Below the pieces are notes generated by a model. That model worked only from the letters and a program-made list of their open reading frames with translations. It made no database searches and was not told the DNA's origin. Of a DNA stretch of 64,000 nucleotides, positions 1 to 9,098 are shown in pieces. Both the position numbers and the translations under genes were made by a program. The number at the start of each line of letters is the position of its first letter. Position 1 is the first letter of the stretch. Origin of the DNA: an uncultured Chthonomonadaceae bacterium (GTDB lineage Bacteria > Armatimonadota > Chthonomonadetes > Chthonomonadales > Chthonomonadaceae); NCBI GenBank assembly GCA_963817895.1, contig CAWFQB010000001.1:1152001-1216000 (forward strand), read 5' to 3'.

Positions 1-945
1 TCGGGCGTGGACATATACCATGAAATCCGCCGCTACGTCCATGTCCAGAGTGTGCCTCTGGTCATTTTGACCAATGATCCCGGGCGTGTGAATGCTTATA
101 AACTGGAGGACAACGATCCTTACCTCAAAGTGATGGGCAAGGGACTGGATGTTTCTCGAATCGCAAAGGAGAGCCGCGCGCTCATTGAGGCCGCCGACGC
201 GCTCTTGCTTCAAGCTGAGGAACAGGGCCAAAAGGTGTGGCAGTCCCCGGTCGCCGAGGAGGGCTGGCCCAATGAGCATCCCCTGTTCATTCGCGGACAG
301 CGCAAGCAAATTCGCGTCATGGTGCATTTTGTTCCCTGCCGGCTTGAGGACCTTATCCACCCCCTGGAACATCCCCCGGGAGAAAACTGGCATTTTGAAG
401 CGGAGTTCAGGGAACTTCTTACCAGTCGCGCTGAAGTGGGACACGTCCTGAAAATGGTTCCCCGCCATAACCCGCATCATCAGCCGTTGGGATTGATGTA
501 CATTCGCGAACACGGGGAGGGGTACAACTGGTATGAAGACATTCTGTTTGAAACGGCTCCGCGCTTGCGGCGCGACGCCAACACGCGCAACAGCATGGAC
601 TGTGGCGTTGCGATGACGGCGCGATTCCTGCTGGAGTGTTTATATCGCGGCGGCAAAACGGTTCATGAATTTCGGCAGACGCAATCCCCTCTGCATGAAT
701 CCGCAACGCGAATCAAGCCCCTAAATCACGGGGAGGAGTTTCTCAAGCATCTTGGGTTTGACGCTTTACCAACCAATCCACAGCTGATGTTCGCTTCTCG
801 CCAGACGTGCGAACGAATTCTTACAGCGTGTCTGCCACTCACCGGGCCATTGGAAATTATGATGGAAGCCACGATCAAAAGTGGCAGGCGACACTTCAGA
901 ACACTCGCTTGTTTTGGCGCTCTTAATAGATACTCCGACAAATAA
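1..945 (+). CDS. 5'-truncated protein: probable receiver (REC) domain remnant plus C-terminal GNAT-like domain
   Basis: The frame is open from the window start. SGVDIYHEIRR..VPLVILT resembles the second half of a REC domain. LGLMYI..ETAP..CGVAMTAR..EEFLKHLGF resembles a GNAT fold. The stop codon lies inside the left IR of the adjacent IS. Confidence 0.55.
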   Translation, partial: SGVDIYHEIRRYVHVQSVPLVILTNDPGRVNAYKLEDNDPYLKVMGKGLDVSRIAKESRALIEAADALLLQAEEQGQKVWQSPVAEEGWPNEHPLFIRGQRKQIRVMVHFVPCRLEDLIHPLEHPPGENWHFEAEFRELLTSRAEVGHVLKMVPRHNPHHQPLGLMYIREHGEGYNWYEDILFETAPRLRRDANTRNSMDCGVAMTARFLLECLYRGGKTVHEFRQTQSPLHESATRIKPLNHGEEFLKHLGFDALPTNPQLMFASRQTCERILTACLPLTGPLEIMMEATIKSGRRHFRTLACFGALNRYSDK

Positions 946-1991
946 GTTTGGATTTATTCTTGGCGCGGGTAGAATAGACGTATGAACCTTCACGAACTTG
1001 GCCGCTATCCCGAAAACAAAGTCCGTTCGCTCTTCGGACTACCCCACGCCGCCTTAGCTGAACTCTTCCTGGCAGCGCTTCCCGAAATCGAGCGCCGTCG
1101 CCAACAAGAACAGGCCAACAAGCCCACGCGCCGCCGCAAGGTGGGAGGCGGCCGCAAACGCCTGCTCAAGCCCTACCAGGAAGTGTTGCTGACGCTGCTG
1201 TACCTGCGCCACAACGTCGCCTTCTCTGTGGTGGGCATGCTGTTTGGCGTCAGCGCCGATGTGGCGGAGAACACCTTCCATGAGATTGTCGGCGTCCTCA
1301 AAGACGTGTGTCCGGCCAACCGCTGGGAAGCGGAGAAACGCTGGACCAAGAAAGAACCCTCCTGGAAGCCCGAGGAGGTGGATCAGGTGATTGTGGATAG
1401 TTTCGAGACGCCGGTTCCGCGTCCCTCGATTGAACCCAAGCAACGCGCCTTCTACTCGGGCAAGAAGAAAGACCACACGCTCAAGACCGAGGTCATCACC
1501 AACCGCAATGGCGACATTCTTGATGTGGATGCGGGCTATCGCGGCCCGAAGTCGGACAAGAAAGTGCATGAGCAGAGTACGGTTGCCAAGCAGTTTCCCC
1601 ATGCGACGGTCAAAGGCGATCTGGCCTATCAAGGCTTACCCCACAGCGAAGTGCCGCACAAGAAGCCACGCGGAGGCGCGTTGAGCGCTGTGCAGAAAGA
1701 AGAGAACCGCGCCTTTTCCTCAGGGCGTGTGCGTGTCGAACATAGTATCCGGCGCGTCAAAGCGTTTCGGATGGTGCGTGATGAATATCGTCTGGCGACG
1801 GGATTGTTCCGTCGCACTTGCTTCTGTGTGGTGGGTCTGGTGCAATTGATCGCGCTGACACGCGAGCCGCAAGGCGCGTAAGCCGGGAAAAGTAAACGCG
1901 GAAAAAGGGTTTTCGACGGGTGGAGTGTGTCTGCTCCACCTGAGCGCTAGCCTGCCTCAAAACAGCCTATATACTATTTGTCGGAGTATCT
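928..1991 (+). mobile_element. IS5-family (ISL2/DDE_Tnp_4-like) insertion sequence, about 1064 bp
   Basis: Perfect 17-bp IRs AGATACTCCGACAAATA (928-944) and TATTTGTCGGAGTATCT (1975-1991), flanked by the direct repeat AAT (925-927, 1992-1994). One transposase ORF inside. Confidence 0.9.
982..1881 (+). CDS. DDE transposase (HTH_Tnp_4 + DDE_Tnp_4 type)
   Basis: GGGRKR..LLTLLYLRHN HTH region. Catalytic motifs VIVDSFE, YSGKKKDHTLK, GDLAYQG, RVRVEHSIRRVK. Confidence 0.92.
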   Translation: MNLHELGRYPENKVRSLFGLPHAALAELFLAALPEIERRRQQEQANKPTRRRKVGGGRKRLLKPYQEVLLTLLYLRHNVAFSVVGMLFGVSADVAENTFHEIVGVLKDVCPANRWEAEKRWTKKEPSWKPEEVDQVIVDSFETPVPRPSIEPKQRAFYSGKKKDHTLKTEVITNRNGDILDVDAGYRGPKSDKKVHEQSTVAKQFPHATVKGDLAYQGLPHSEVPHKKPRGGALSAVQKEENRAFSSGRVRVEHSIRRVKAFRMVRDEYRLATGLFRRTCFCVVGLVQLIALTREPQGA

Positions 1992-2355
1992 AATGTATGC
2001 CGCTGCACAGGAGGAAAATTCCCAACGCGATCAGCAGGATTACGAGGAGCGGAATCAACATGCCATACGCCACGTAACGCAGACGCCGGAATGTCGCCAG
2101 CGTTGCCAGCAATGTGCCGATAAGCGGCACGACGTACAGCCACATCGCTATAACGCCCCACGTCGCCAGCAAACTGAGGATTATGCCGGACGCGAACAGC
2201 AGCCCGAACGAGATGCCGAAACCAACCAGCATATCCAGCCCTTTGCTGCCGGTCATCAACTTCAGGGTCTGCATCAGCAGGGGCGACCTGCCGCATTGGG
2301 GACAGTACAATGCCTGCTCGGGTATTTCCGCGCCGCACGTTACACAATTCTTCAC
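1990..2355 (-). CDS. Zinc-ribbon small membrane protein
   Basis: N-terminal CVTCG..CPQCG followed by about 3 hydrophobic segments. Directly downstream of the lgt-like gene. Confidence 0.75.
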   Translation of the reverse strand: MKNCVTCGAEIPEQALYCPQCGRSPLLMQTLKLMTGSKGLDMLVGFGISFGLLFASGIILSLLATWGVIAMWLYVVPLIGTLLATLATFRRLRYVAYGMLIPLLVILLIALGIFLLCSGIH

Positions 2356-2359
2356 GCCA

Positions 2360-3025
2360 TTATCTCCTCACAAACGCGCGCAGCAATTGACGCAAACGAA
2401 CCGAAAAGAAAATCATGCCCGCAATACACGCCCATTGCGCGGATGTAATCAGGGCGGTGGAGTCGGGATGCGCCCGCCAGAATTCCACGCTGAACCGGGC
2501 GACGCAGTACAACGCGCCCTGTACGCAAAAGAGGGCGTTTTCCGGCAAGGTTTTATCCCGCCGGACTTCCAGCCAGATAAGCGTTATCAGAATCAGCAGG
2601 CACGACAGGGACAAGTATAGTTGCGTGGGATGCCGGTACGCGCCGTGCTGCCATACCGCCCACGCCGCGCCGGTTGGCTTTCCATAGCAGCATCCGCCGA
2701 AAAAGCAACCCCACCGCCCGATCGCTTCGCCCGCGCAAATCGCAACCGCGAACAAATCACCCGTGGGACGCCGGATACCAAGCCACTTTTTGGTCAGCGC
2801 GACGGCGAGATAGCCGCCCGCAATGCCGCCCAAAACGGTTTTGCCTGCCGTTCCTGTAGTCAGCCATTGCGCCATATTCGCGCACAGCAGCCCGCCAATC
2901 AACCCCGCAATCAGCAGCGCGAAAATGCCCTCCGTCGCCAGCCCGCGCTTCCGTGCCATCCACGCGAACGCCGCCAGTCCCGTCAAATATCCCGCAGCAT
3001 AACATCCCGCCGAAAGCGTCATCAT
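2360..3025 (-). CDS. Prolipoprotein diacylglyceryl transferase (Lgt) family protein
   Basis: GEAIGRWGCFFGGCCYG, HPTQLY and ARFSVEFWR motifs in a multi-TM protein. Confidence 0.85.
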   Translation of the reverse strand: MMTLSAGCYAAGYLTGLAAFAWMARKRGLATEGIFALLIAGLIGGLLCANMAQWLTTGTAGKTVLGGIAGGYLAVALTKKWLGIRRPTGDLFAVAICAGEAIGRWGCFFGGCCYGKPTGAAWAVWQHGAYRHPTQLYLSLSCLLILITLIWLEVRRDKTLPENALFCVQGALYCVARFSVEFWRAHPDSTALITSAQWACIAGMIFFSVRLRQLLRAFVRR

Positions 3026-3256
3026 GTTCCCGTCCGTATGGAAGCGTTGCTCTTAAAGCGAAAGTCCTACAACTATTTGTCCGTAAGGCCCTTACACAAT
3101 TCTTCACGACAGCATCCACCACAAAGCGCCCCGCTGAAAACGTCCTACTTCTCTCATGCACATTGAAGCGTTAAACATTTGCTTTTCTGCGCGGCGTATC
3201 ATAGTTCGGGATAGTGAGAAGAAACTCCTACGTCAAATAACCACGCAAAACACTAC

Positions 3257-3285
3257 TTGACATTCCGGCGTTTACCGACTATGAT
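3257..3285 (+). promoter_or_regulatory. Sigma70-type promoter upstream of the glycoside hydrolase
   Basis: TTGACA (3257-3262), 17-nt spacer, TATGAT (3280-3285). Confidence 0.7.
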
Positions 3286-3297
3286 TTAACTACCGCT

Positions 3298-3317
3298 GTA
3301 GTCCGCGCAGACGGACT
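3298..3317 (+). repeat. GTAG-type REP-like hairpin
   Basis: GTAG overlapping the stem AGTCCG-cgcaga-CGGACT. Confidence 0.4.
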
Positions 3318-3372
3318 TCGTTATCACAGCCGAGGAAAAGATTAAGATTGGTTTTCCCCGGACGCATGTGCT

Positions 3373-3401
3373 GTTGCGCAAACGCTTAACGTTGCGCAAA
3401 C
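3373..3401. promoter_or_regulatory. Candidate operator (two GTTGCGCAAAC copies with TTGCGCAA palindromic cores)
   Basis: Direct repeats at 3373-3383 and 3391-3401, between the promoter and the RBS of a sugar hydrolase gene. Confidence 0.4.
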
Positions 3402-3426
3402 CCCGAAAATTTAAGAAGGAACATTA

Positions 3427-5274
3427 ATGCGCTACCAACCTATTTCACGCTCTTTGTTGGCCCTTACGCCGTTGTTTGGCCTTGCGCTTGCCCTGCCCCG
3501 GTTCGCGGGCGGGGGGCAGGCGGACAGCAAGCCCACGGTGGTTAAAATCACCGAAGCCAGTGGCGGGTTTCATTTGACCTGCAACGGGCAGCCGTTTGTC
3601 ATCAAGGGCGCGGGCGGGGATGGCTCGAGAAAACTGCTGCACGATGTCGGCGGCAACTCGTTCCGAACGTGGGGCGTGGACAATTTGGGCGCGCAGTTGG
3701 ACGAGGCGCAAAAGCAGGGGTTGATGGTGACGGCGGGAATCTGGCTTGGGCATAAGGAACACGGCTTCGATTACAACAACGCCGATCAGGTGGCCGACCA
3801 GTATGAAAAAGCGCGGCAGGCCATCGTCAAATACCGCAATCATCCCGCGCTCCTGATGTGGGCATTAGGCAACGAGATGGAGGGGTACGAAAAGGGCGAC
3901 AACGCCGCCATCTGGTCTGCGGTCAACAACCTTGCGGCAATGGCAAAGAAGCTCGATCCAAACCATCCCACCATGACGGTTATCGCGGAAATCGGCGGCG
4001 ACAAGGTGAAAAACATCAACCGTTTGTGTCCCGATATAGACGTTGTGGGCATCAACAGTTACGGCGGCGGGGCAAGCCTTGCGACGCGCTACAAGCAGGC
4101 GGGCGGCGTGAAGCCGTTTGTGGTCACGGAATTTGGACCCGCAGGCGTGTGGGAAAGCGGCAAAAATAAGATGGGCGTGATTCCCGAACTCAGCAGCACG
4201 GCGAAAGCGACTGCCTACAAAAATACGTGGCAGCAGGCCATTGCGGGACAGAATTTAAGTTTGGGCGGGTACGCCTTCGCGTGGGGCAACAAGCAGGAAG
4301 CAACGGCAACATGGTTCGGCCTGCTGCTGCCGGATGGAAGCCGGTTGGCAGGCGTGGACGCCCTGACGGAAGCGTGGACGGGCAAACTTCCCGCCAACCG
4401 CTGCCCCGAACTGCATAGTCTTAAAATCGAGGGCGCGGACGAGGTAGAACCGGGCGAAGTCGTAAAAGCGTCGCTGGACGCTTCCGACCCGGAAAGCGAT
4501 CCGCTGACGACCCAATGGATTTTGCAGGCCGATTCGGGTAAATCCAACACCAATGGCGACACGGAAGCCGCGCCGCCCACGTTTCCTGACGCCATTGTGA
4601 AGAGTGACGGCAAGCAGGCGCAGTTGAAGATGCCCAAAACCGGGGGCGTGTACCGCCTGTTCGCGTATGTGCGCGACAATCACGGCGGGGCTGCCGTCGC
4701 CAATGTGCCGATACTGGTAAAAGGCGGAACCCCCGCGCCCGCGCCTACTCCCACATTCGCCGCCGGCAAAGCATCCGCCCTGCCGCTTGTGGTTTATGCG
4801 GAAGCGGGGCAGGCCGTCCCGTTTGTTCCGTCCGGCTACATGGGCAACGCGGGCGCGATTAAAATGAACGAGCAGTGCGCGGACAACCCGCATAGCGGCA
4901 AAACCTGTCTGGAAGTGCAGTACACGGCGAAAGCGGATTGGGGCGGCGTCGTGTGGCAATCCCCCGCGAACGATTGGGGCAACCAGCCCGGCGGCAAGAA
5001 CCTGACCGGCGCGAACAAAATGACCTTTTGGGCGCGGGGCGCGAAGGGCGGCAAATCCGTCAACTTTTTGTGCGGCGTGATCGGGCGCGACAAGCCGTTT
5101 TTTGATACGGTTCAGGCCAAACTGGAAAAGGCGACGCTCACCAAAGAGTGGAAGCAGTACAGCATTGACCTGAAAGGCAAAGACCTGACGCGCATCAAAA
5201 CTGGCTTTGGCTGGACACTGGCGGCTTCGGGCGAACCTGTCACCTTTTATCTGGACGACATCCGTTACGAGTAA
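3427..5274 (+). CDS. Secreted glycoside hydrolase (GH2 TIM-barrel-like) with C-terminal carbohydrate-binding domain
   Basis: Signal peptide, WALGNEME acid/base motif, VTEFGP nucleophile motif, P/T linker, C-terminal WGGVVWQ..LTGANKMTFWARG..FYLDDIRYE module. Confidence 0.85.
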   Translation: MRYQPISRSLLALTPLFGLALALPRFAGGGQADSKPTVVKITEASGGFHLTCNGQPFVIKGAGGDGSRKLLHDVGGNSFRTWGVDNLGAQLDEAQKQGLMVTAGIWLGHKEHGFDYNNADQVADQYEKARQAIVKYRNHPALLMWALGNEMEGYEKGDNAAIWSAVNNLAAMAKKLDPNHPTMTVIAEIGGDKVKNINRLCPDIDVVGINSYGGGASLATRYKQAGGVKPFVVTEFGPAGVWESGKNKMGVIPELSSTAKATAYKNTWQQAIAGQNLSLGGYAFAWGNKQEATATWFGLLLPDGSRLAGVDALTEAWTGKLPANRCPELHSLKIEGADEVEPGEVVKASLDASDPESDPLTTQWILQADSGKSNTNGDTEAAPPTFPDAIVKSDGKQAQLKMPKTGGVYRLFAYVRDNHGGAAVANVPILVKGGTPAPAPTPTFAAGKASALPLVVYAEAGQAVPFVPSGYMGNAGAIKMNEQCADNPHSGKTCLEVQYTAKADWGGVVWQSPANDWGNQPGGKNLTGANKMTFWARGAKGGKSVNFLCGVIGRDKPFFDTVQAKLEKATLTKEWKQYSIDLKGKDLTRIKTGFGWTLAASGEPVTFYLDDIRYE

Positions 5275-5298
5275 CCAACCGCTCATCACAACAGGCGC

Positions 5299-5508
5299 TC
5301 AAAACACGACATGCAGCACGTCCGGCTCACAACCGGGCGTGTTTTGCCGTATTTCCGGCGTTTGGGAGAGTTTTACCTGCCTTTTGCAGCACAGGGCGGC
5401 GGTTCCAACCAGAAACGAGGAGAAAGCAATCAGTACGACGCCAACGCCGAGAATAAAGACGGCGGGACAGTGCAGGCAATTCAGCCAGAAACCGTGCAAG
5501 TTCATCAT
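5299..5508 (-). CDS. Small hypothetical membrane protein
   Basis: GAGGGAG RBS before the ATG and one hydrophobic helix. Short, and its 3' end overlaps a hairpin. Confidence 0.4.
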   Translation of the reverse strand: MMNLHGFWLNCLHCPAVFILGVGVVLIAFSSFLVGTAALCCKRQVKLSQTPEIRQNTPGCEPDVLHVVF

Positions 5509-5803
5509 TGGTCTTCTCCCTCATGCAGGAAGCCGGAAGCGTACAGGGGTATTACTAATTCTATTATAAACCAGAACTTGCAGAAATACCGTAAAACTTT
5601 AAGCATAATTTTGGCGATTTATTTTGCTGTATATGTGTGATTAGCCTCACAGTTCCGCGCAGCGCCCTTTGAGTAATCCCCAACCGTCTTCGCCTGTCGC
5701 GCCTCCTAACCGCGTCGCGCAGCCTGTTTTGTACGAACGTTTGGTCAAAATTTGGTCGGAGCCGGTTCCGTCGACATTTTCGCGTATCGCCTTTCAAACA
5801 GAA

Positions 5804-5848
5804 ACAACCTCAACCCGGCGTTCCGTGTGGACGCCGGGTTGAGGTTGT
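5804..5848 (-). terminator. 18-bp stem hairpin downstream of the LLM operon
   Basis: ACAACCTCAACCCGGCGT / ACGCCGGGTTGAGGTTGT, followed by a T-rich tract on the minus strand. Confidence 0.7.
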
Positions 5849-5878
5849 ATTGAAATAGGCTCTAAAACAGCCGCCGCA

Positions 5879-6903
5879 TTACTCGCGCAGCAGGGGCTTG
5901 ACGCGGGAACCGAGCAGTTCTATGGCCTGCCGGAGTTTGGCGTGGGACAAGTCCGCGTTGTCCATCTGGAACGTGACGCGCGAGATTCCGCCCAGCGCTT
6001 CGCTGTGCCGCAGAATTTTATCCGCTACCTCTTCGGGACTGCCGACAAGCAACGCGCCTTTCGTCCCCAGTTGCGCGTCGAAGTGGGCGCGGGTCACGGG
6101 CGGCCATCCCCGTTCCTTGCCTATCTTGGTAAACATGCGCGCGTAACCCGGAAAGTAGTCGCTGACTGCATCCTGCGTGGTTTCCGCCACGTAGCCTAAT
6201 GAGTGAAGGCCGACTTTTAACTGTTCCGGCGCGTGTCCCGCCCGCTTTCCCGCTTCCCGGTACAGGTCAACAAGGGGCCGGAAGCGGTGTGTTTCCCCGC
6301 CGATAATGGCGACCATGAGCGGCAGTCCAAGCGTACCCGCCCGCCGAACGATTCCGGTGTGCCGCCAACCCCCAGCCAGATAGGTAACGAGTTTTGCGCG
6401 GGGCGCGGATACACGCCCTGCCCTGTGAGCGCGGGCCGATGTTTGCCTGACCAGTAGACATGCTCATTGTCGCGGATGTTGAGCAGCAGTCCGAGTTTCT
6501 CCGTGAACAGCGAGTCGTAATCTCTGAGCTGCAGGCCGAAGAGTGGGAAAAACTCGGTAAACGAGCCGCGCCCGACAACCATTTCCGCCCGACCCTGCGA
6601 AATCAAATCCAGCGTGGCGAAATTCTGGAACACGCGCACCGGATCGGCCGCGCTGAGTACCGTAACCGCGCTTGTCAGCCGAATACGACGGGTTTGCGCC
6701 GCTGCCGCCGCGAGGATGACGGCGGGCGCGCTGTCCAGAAACTCCGGGCGATGGTGTTCCCCGATACCAAAAATGTCCAGCCCTACCTCATCGGCGTAGG
6801 CAATGCGTTCGAGCAGTTCGCGCATGGCTTCGGACGCGCTGACAGGAAGATGCGGGCTGTCCTCCGACATGACAGCGGCAAAACTATCTATTCCGAGTTC
6901 CAT
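5879..6903 (-). CDS. LLM-class flavin-dependent oxidoreductase (frameshift near 6340)
   Basis: [35 protein letters not shown]. Adding one base restores [20 protein letters not shown] and joins ORFs 6217..6903 and 5879..6316. Confidence 0.9.
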
Positions 6904-6912
6904 TGAATTCTC

Positions 6913-7305
6913 CTACTCCGTTGCTTTCACCCGCATCGCGAACACGCCCGCGAAAGCGGAGCGTACCCCGTAAAACACCAGCAGCCACAATACCAGCGCA
7001 ATCAGTCCGGGCACAATGCCGGATGGGGCCATCAGCGAGTGAAACAGGAGGATGTTCACAATCACCGGGCCAAGCAGCACAAGAGCAATGGGAACAAACC
7101 GGTTTGCCAGCAGCAGGACGCCGCCCATCAGTTGCAGCAGAAACACCGGAACCATGTAGTGTGAGGCCGACAAAACGGTCAAATACTGCATCGCAAGACC
7201 GGCAGGCGGCGGCGGTTGCGGAATGAAGTGAAGAAACCCGTTCAGTCCAAACACGACAAACATGAATCCGAGCAGGTAACGAGCGATAAGCGTGGCAGTT
7301 TTCAT
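6913..7305 (-). CDS. DoxX-family membrane protein
   Basis: ARYLLG..VFGLNGFL..GGVLLL..LALVLLGPVIVNILLFH pattern. Confidence 0.8.
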   Translation of the reverse strand: MKTATLIARYLLGFMFVVFGLNGFLHFIPQPPPPAGLAMQYLTVLSASHYMVPVFLLQLMGGVLLLANRFVPIALVLLGPVIVNILLFHSLMAPSGIVPGLIALVLWLLVFYGVRSAFAGVFAMRVKATE

Positions 7306-7338
7306 GATAATCCTCAAAATCCTTTCATGCGTCTCTAA

Positions 7339-7439
7339 GAATCTATCTCAATAGGCCGGGTACAGAGAACGTACCCGTCTGAGTAGCCTGCGGCTAAACG
7401 TCCTTCGGACGTAAATGCTGTTCCTATTGGGATAGGCTC
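7339..7439. mobile_element. MITE-like element with three-hairpin core (copy 1)
   Basis: Imperfect 17-bp TIRs GAATCTATCTCAATAGG / CCTATTGGGATAGGCTC with TAA on both flanks. Near-identical copy at 20942-21043. Confidence 0.8.
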
Positions 7440-7660
7440 TAAGTCACGCGGCGCAGGCCGCTTCGATATAGAATTATCCCATATACGCTTTATTTTGTCA
7501 AGCGCATAATAAAATAACTCGCATTGCAAAGTAAAGCACAATGGATAGTAGGGCGCATAGCACAATATCAACGTCTTCGGGTACAATAGGGTAAGCGGGA
7601 GAATTTGTTTGGAAGGTTGGTTCGGAAGGTTGAACTTCAACCTTAAAGGATAAAGCCCCC

Positions 7661-8104
7661 ATGCAGCGTAATGAAGCCAAGAATGTTGAAGATAAGAATG
7701 ATGAAGCTAAGAGTGTTGAGGACAATCAGGAGGAGGCGGAGGCTTGTAATGCCGCCGCGCCTTTTCTGCGGGGCGCGATGCTGTTGCAGGAAAAGTGGGT
7801 GTTGATGATTGTTTACAGCCTGCTTGCCGGTCCGACAGGATTTAGTGAATTGATGCGAAGAGGCAACATCAACACGACAACCTTGACGCAGCGACTCAAT
7901 CTGCTGGAACACGCGGGATTGCTGGTCAAAACAATTCATTCGACCATGCCGCCCCGGACAAGTTACGAACTGACCGAAGCCGGACGCGCCTTAAAGCCGG
8001 TTCTGGAAGCGATTACCCAATGGAGCCTGAAATATTTGCCCGTCGTAAAGCCGGAAGAAGCGTGTCCCTGCGAGGAAGTTGGTAACGGGGCGGATAGCAC
8101 ATAG
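7661..8104 (+). CDS. HxlR-family winged-helix regulator
   Basis: C..LLQEKWVLMIV..L..GP.GFSEL..TLTQRL..LE..PPRTSYELTEAG..L.PVL. Divergent from doxX-LLM. Confidence 0.9.
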   Translation: MQRNEAKNVEDKNDEAKSVEDNQEEAEACNAAAPFLRGAMLLQEKWVLMIVYSLLAGPTGFSELMRRGNINTTTLTQRLNLLEHAGLLVKTIHSTMPPRTSYELTEAGRALKPVLEAITQWSLKYLPVVKPEEACPCEEVGNGADST

Positions 8105-8171
8105 GAGCGCGATGAGACAGAAAAGCGGAATGACAATTTGGATAATGCCGTGTTAGGCGACTGAATGATAC

Positions 8172-8585
8172 CTACTCGCCCCATGCGATATTTTGCGCGG
8201 CAAGATGCGTTCGGATACGCGCAAACTCCTGATCGTGGTACGTTGCTGCCTGTTCCGGTGTTGGCTGCCACAGGTCATATCGAACCAGTTTGCTTGCCTC
8301 TTCCAGTACGACATAGTCCGCTTCCAGACGGCCCAAATTCTGTTTCACATACTTGATACGTTCGTTGTGGTTATCAGGAACCGGCTCCTGAAGCCGTCCG
8401 CTTTTTGCAATCGCATGGGCTTGTACGAGATGTAATGCGGCATAGAACAGAGCTACAACAGCCCAATCCGTATCTTCAGGCGTTTGTAGCAAGCGTTGGT
8501 AACGTTGATAGTTCCTGTGTGCGCCATCAATATGTTTGCGCGCCTGTTTTCCCGGCTGTAATTTCGGCGGTTGTCTGGAGGGCAT
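8172..8585 (-). CDS. HEPN-like domain protein
   Basis: DWAVVALFYAALHLV, H.ER and S..VRYD pattern of small HEPN proteins. Confidence 0.65.
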   Translation of the reverse strand: MPSRQPPKLQPGKQARKHIDGAHRNYQRYQRLLQTPEDTDWAVVALFYAALHLVQAHAIAKSGRLQEPVPDNHNERIKYVKQNLGRLEADYVVLEEASKLVRYDLWQPTPEQAATYHDQEFARIRTHLAAQNIAWGE

Positions 8586-8600
8586 GAACGCCTGCTTTCT

Positions 8601-9020
8601 TTACGAGTTGGCAAAGCGCGGGTTGTTTTCGGCCTCATCAAGTTCGCGTCGGGGACGAAACTCTATGTTTATGATGGCATCAGGGTACTGGCTATACAGG
8701 TCGCCACGCAATTTAACGACCTTGTAAAACGCTTCGCTGCGCAGTTCGGGAACCTCGACGCGGTATATCGGTTCCCACTCGTTTTCACCTGCGCGTATTC
8801 TGACCTCTGCATCGGCAATCTTTTGGATACGTTCCCGAAAAATGCGGTTGGCGATCTGCGTTTGCGTTTCTCCCAATGCTGGCGACGCTGCGCTAGACGC
8901 CACGCTCTGCCCATTGCCTGCCTGGAGAACAGGCGTTTTCTTCACTTTTTTGCCTGCCAATCCACGCCCCGGCTTTGGAAAATAACGCTTCGGTTGCGAC
9001 AGTGTTTCCATGATGCTCAT
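8601..9020 (-). CDS. Hypothetical protein, possible partner or antitoxin of the HEPN protein
   Basis: GGAGGA RBS before the ATG at 9020 (ORF open to 9062). Ends 15 bp upstream of the HEPN gene. Confidence 0.6.
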   Translation of the reverse strand: MSIMETLSQPKRYFPKPGRGLAGKKVKKTPVLQAGNGQSVASSAASPALGETQTQIANRIFRERIQKIADAEVRIRAGENEWEPIYRVEVPELRSEAFYKVVKLRGDLYSQYPDAIINIEFRPRRELDEAENNPRFANS

Positions 9021-9098
9021 TCCTCCCTCCATCAAGCGAGGTTCGCGCTTTCTCGCTGACATTTCTTCTCTATGTTCGATGTGGCGCGGCGGAAGACC

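Noticed and set aside
5640..5800. Riboswitch upstream of the small minus-strand ORF
   Set aside because: No recognisable consensus on either strand.
5879..6903. Programmed frameshifting in the split genes
   Set aside because: There are no slippery sites apart from the IS3 one. Scattered single-base indels fit sequencing error.
7379..7413. Hammerhead ribozyme (CUGA..stem..AAA..stem..UA layout)
   Set aside because: The positions equivalent to G8 and G12 are not G. The bases that would form the core covary as ordinary pairs across copies, and no stem I partner is present.
7335..7640. ORFs sharing the peptide SDGYVLCTRPI (also 20494..21000)
   Set aside because: The similarity is the translation of the MITE copies, not a protein family.
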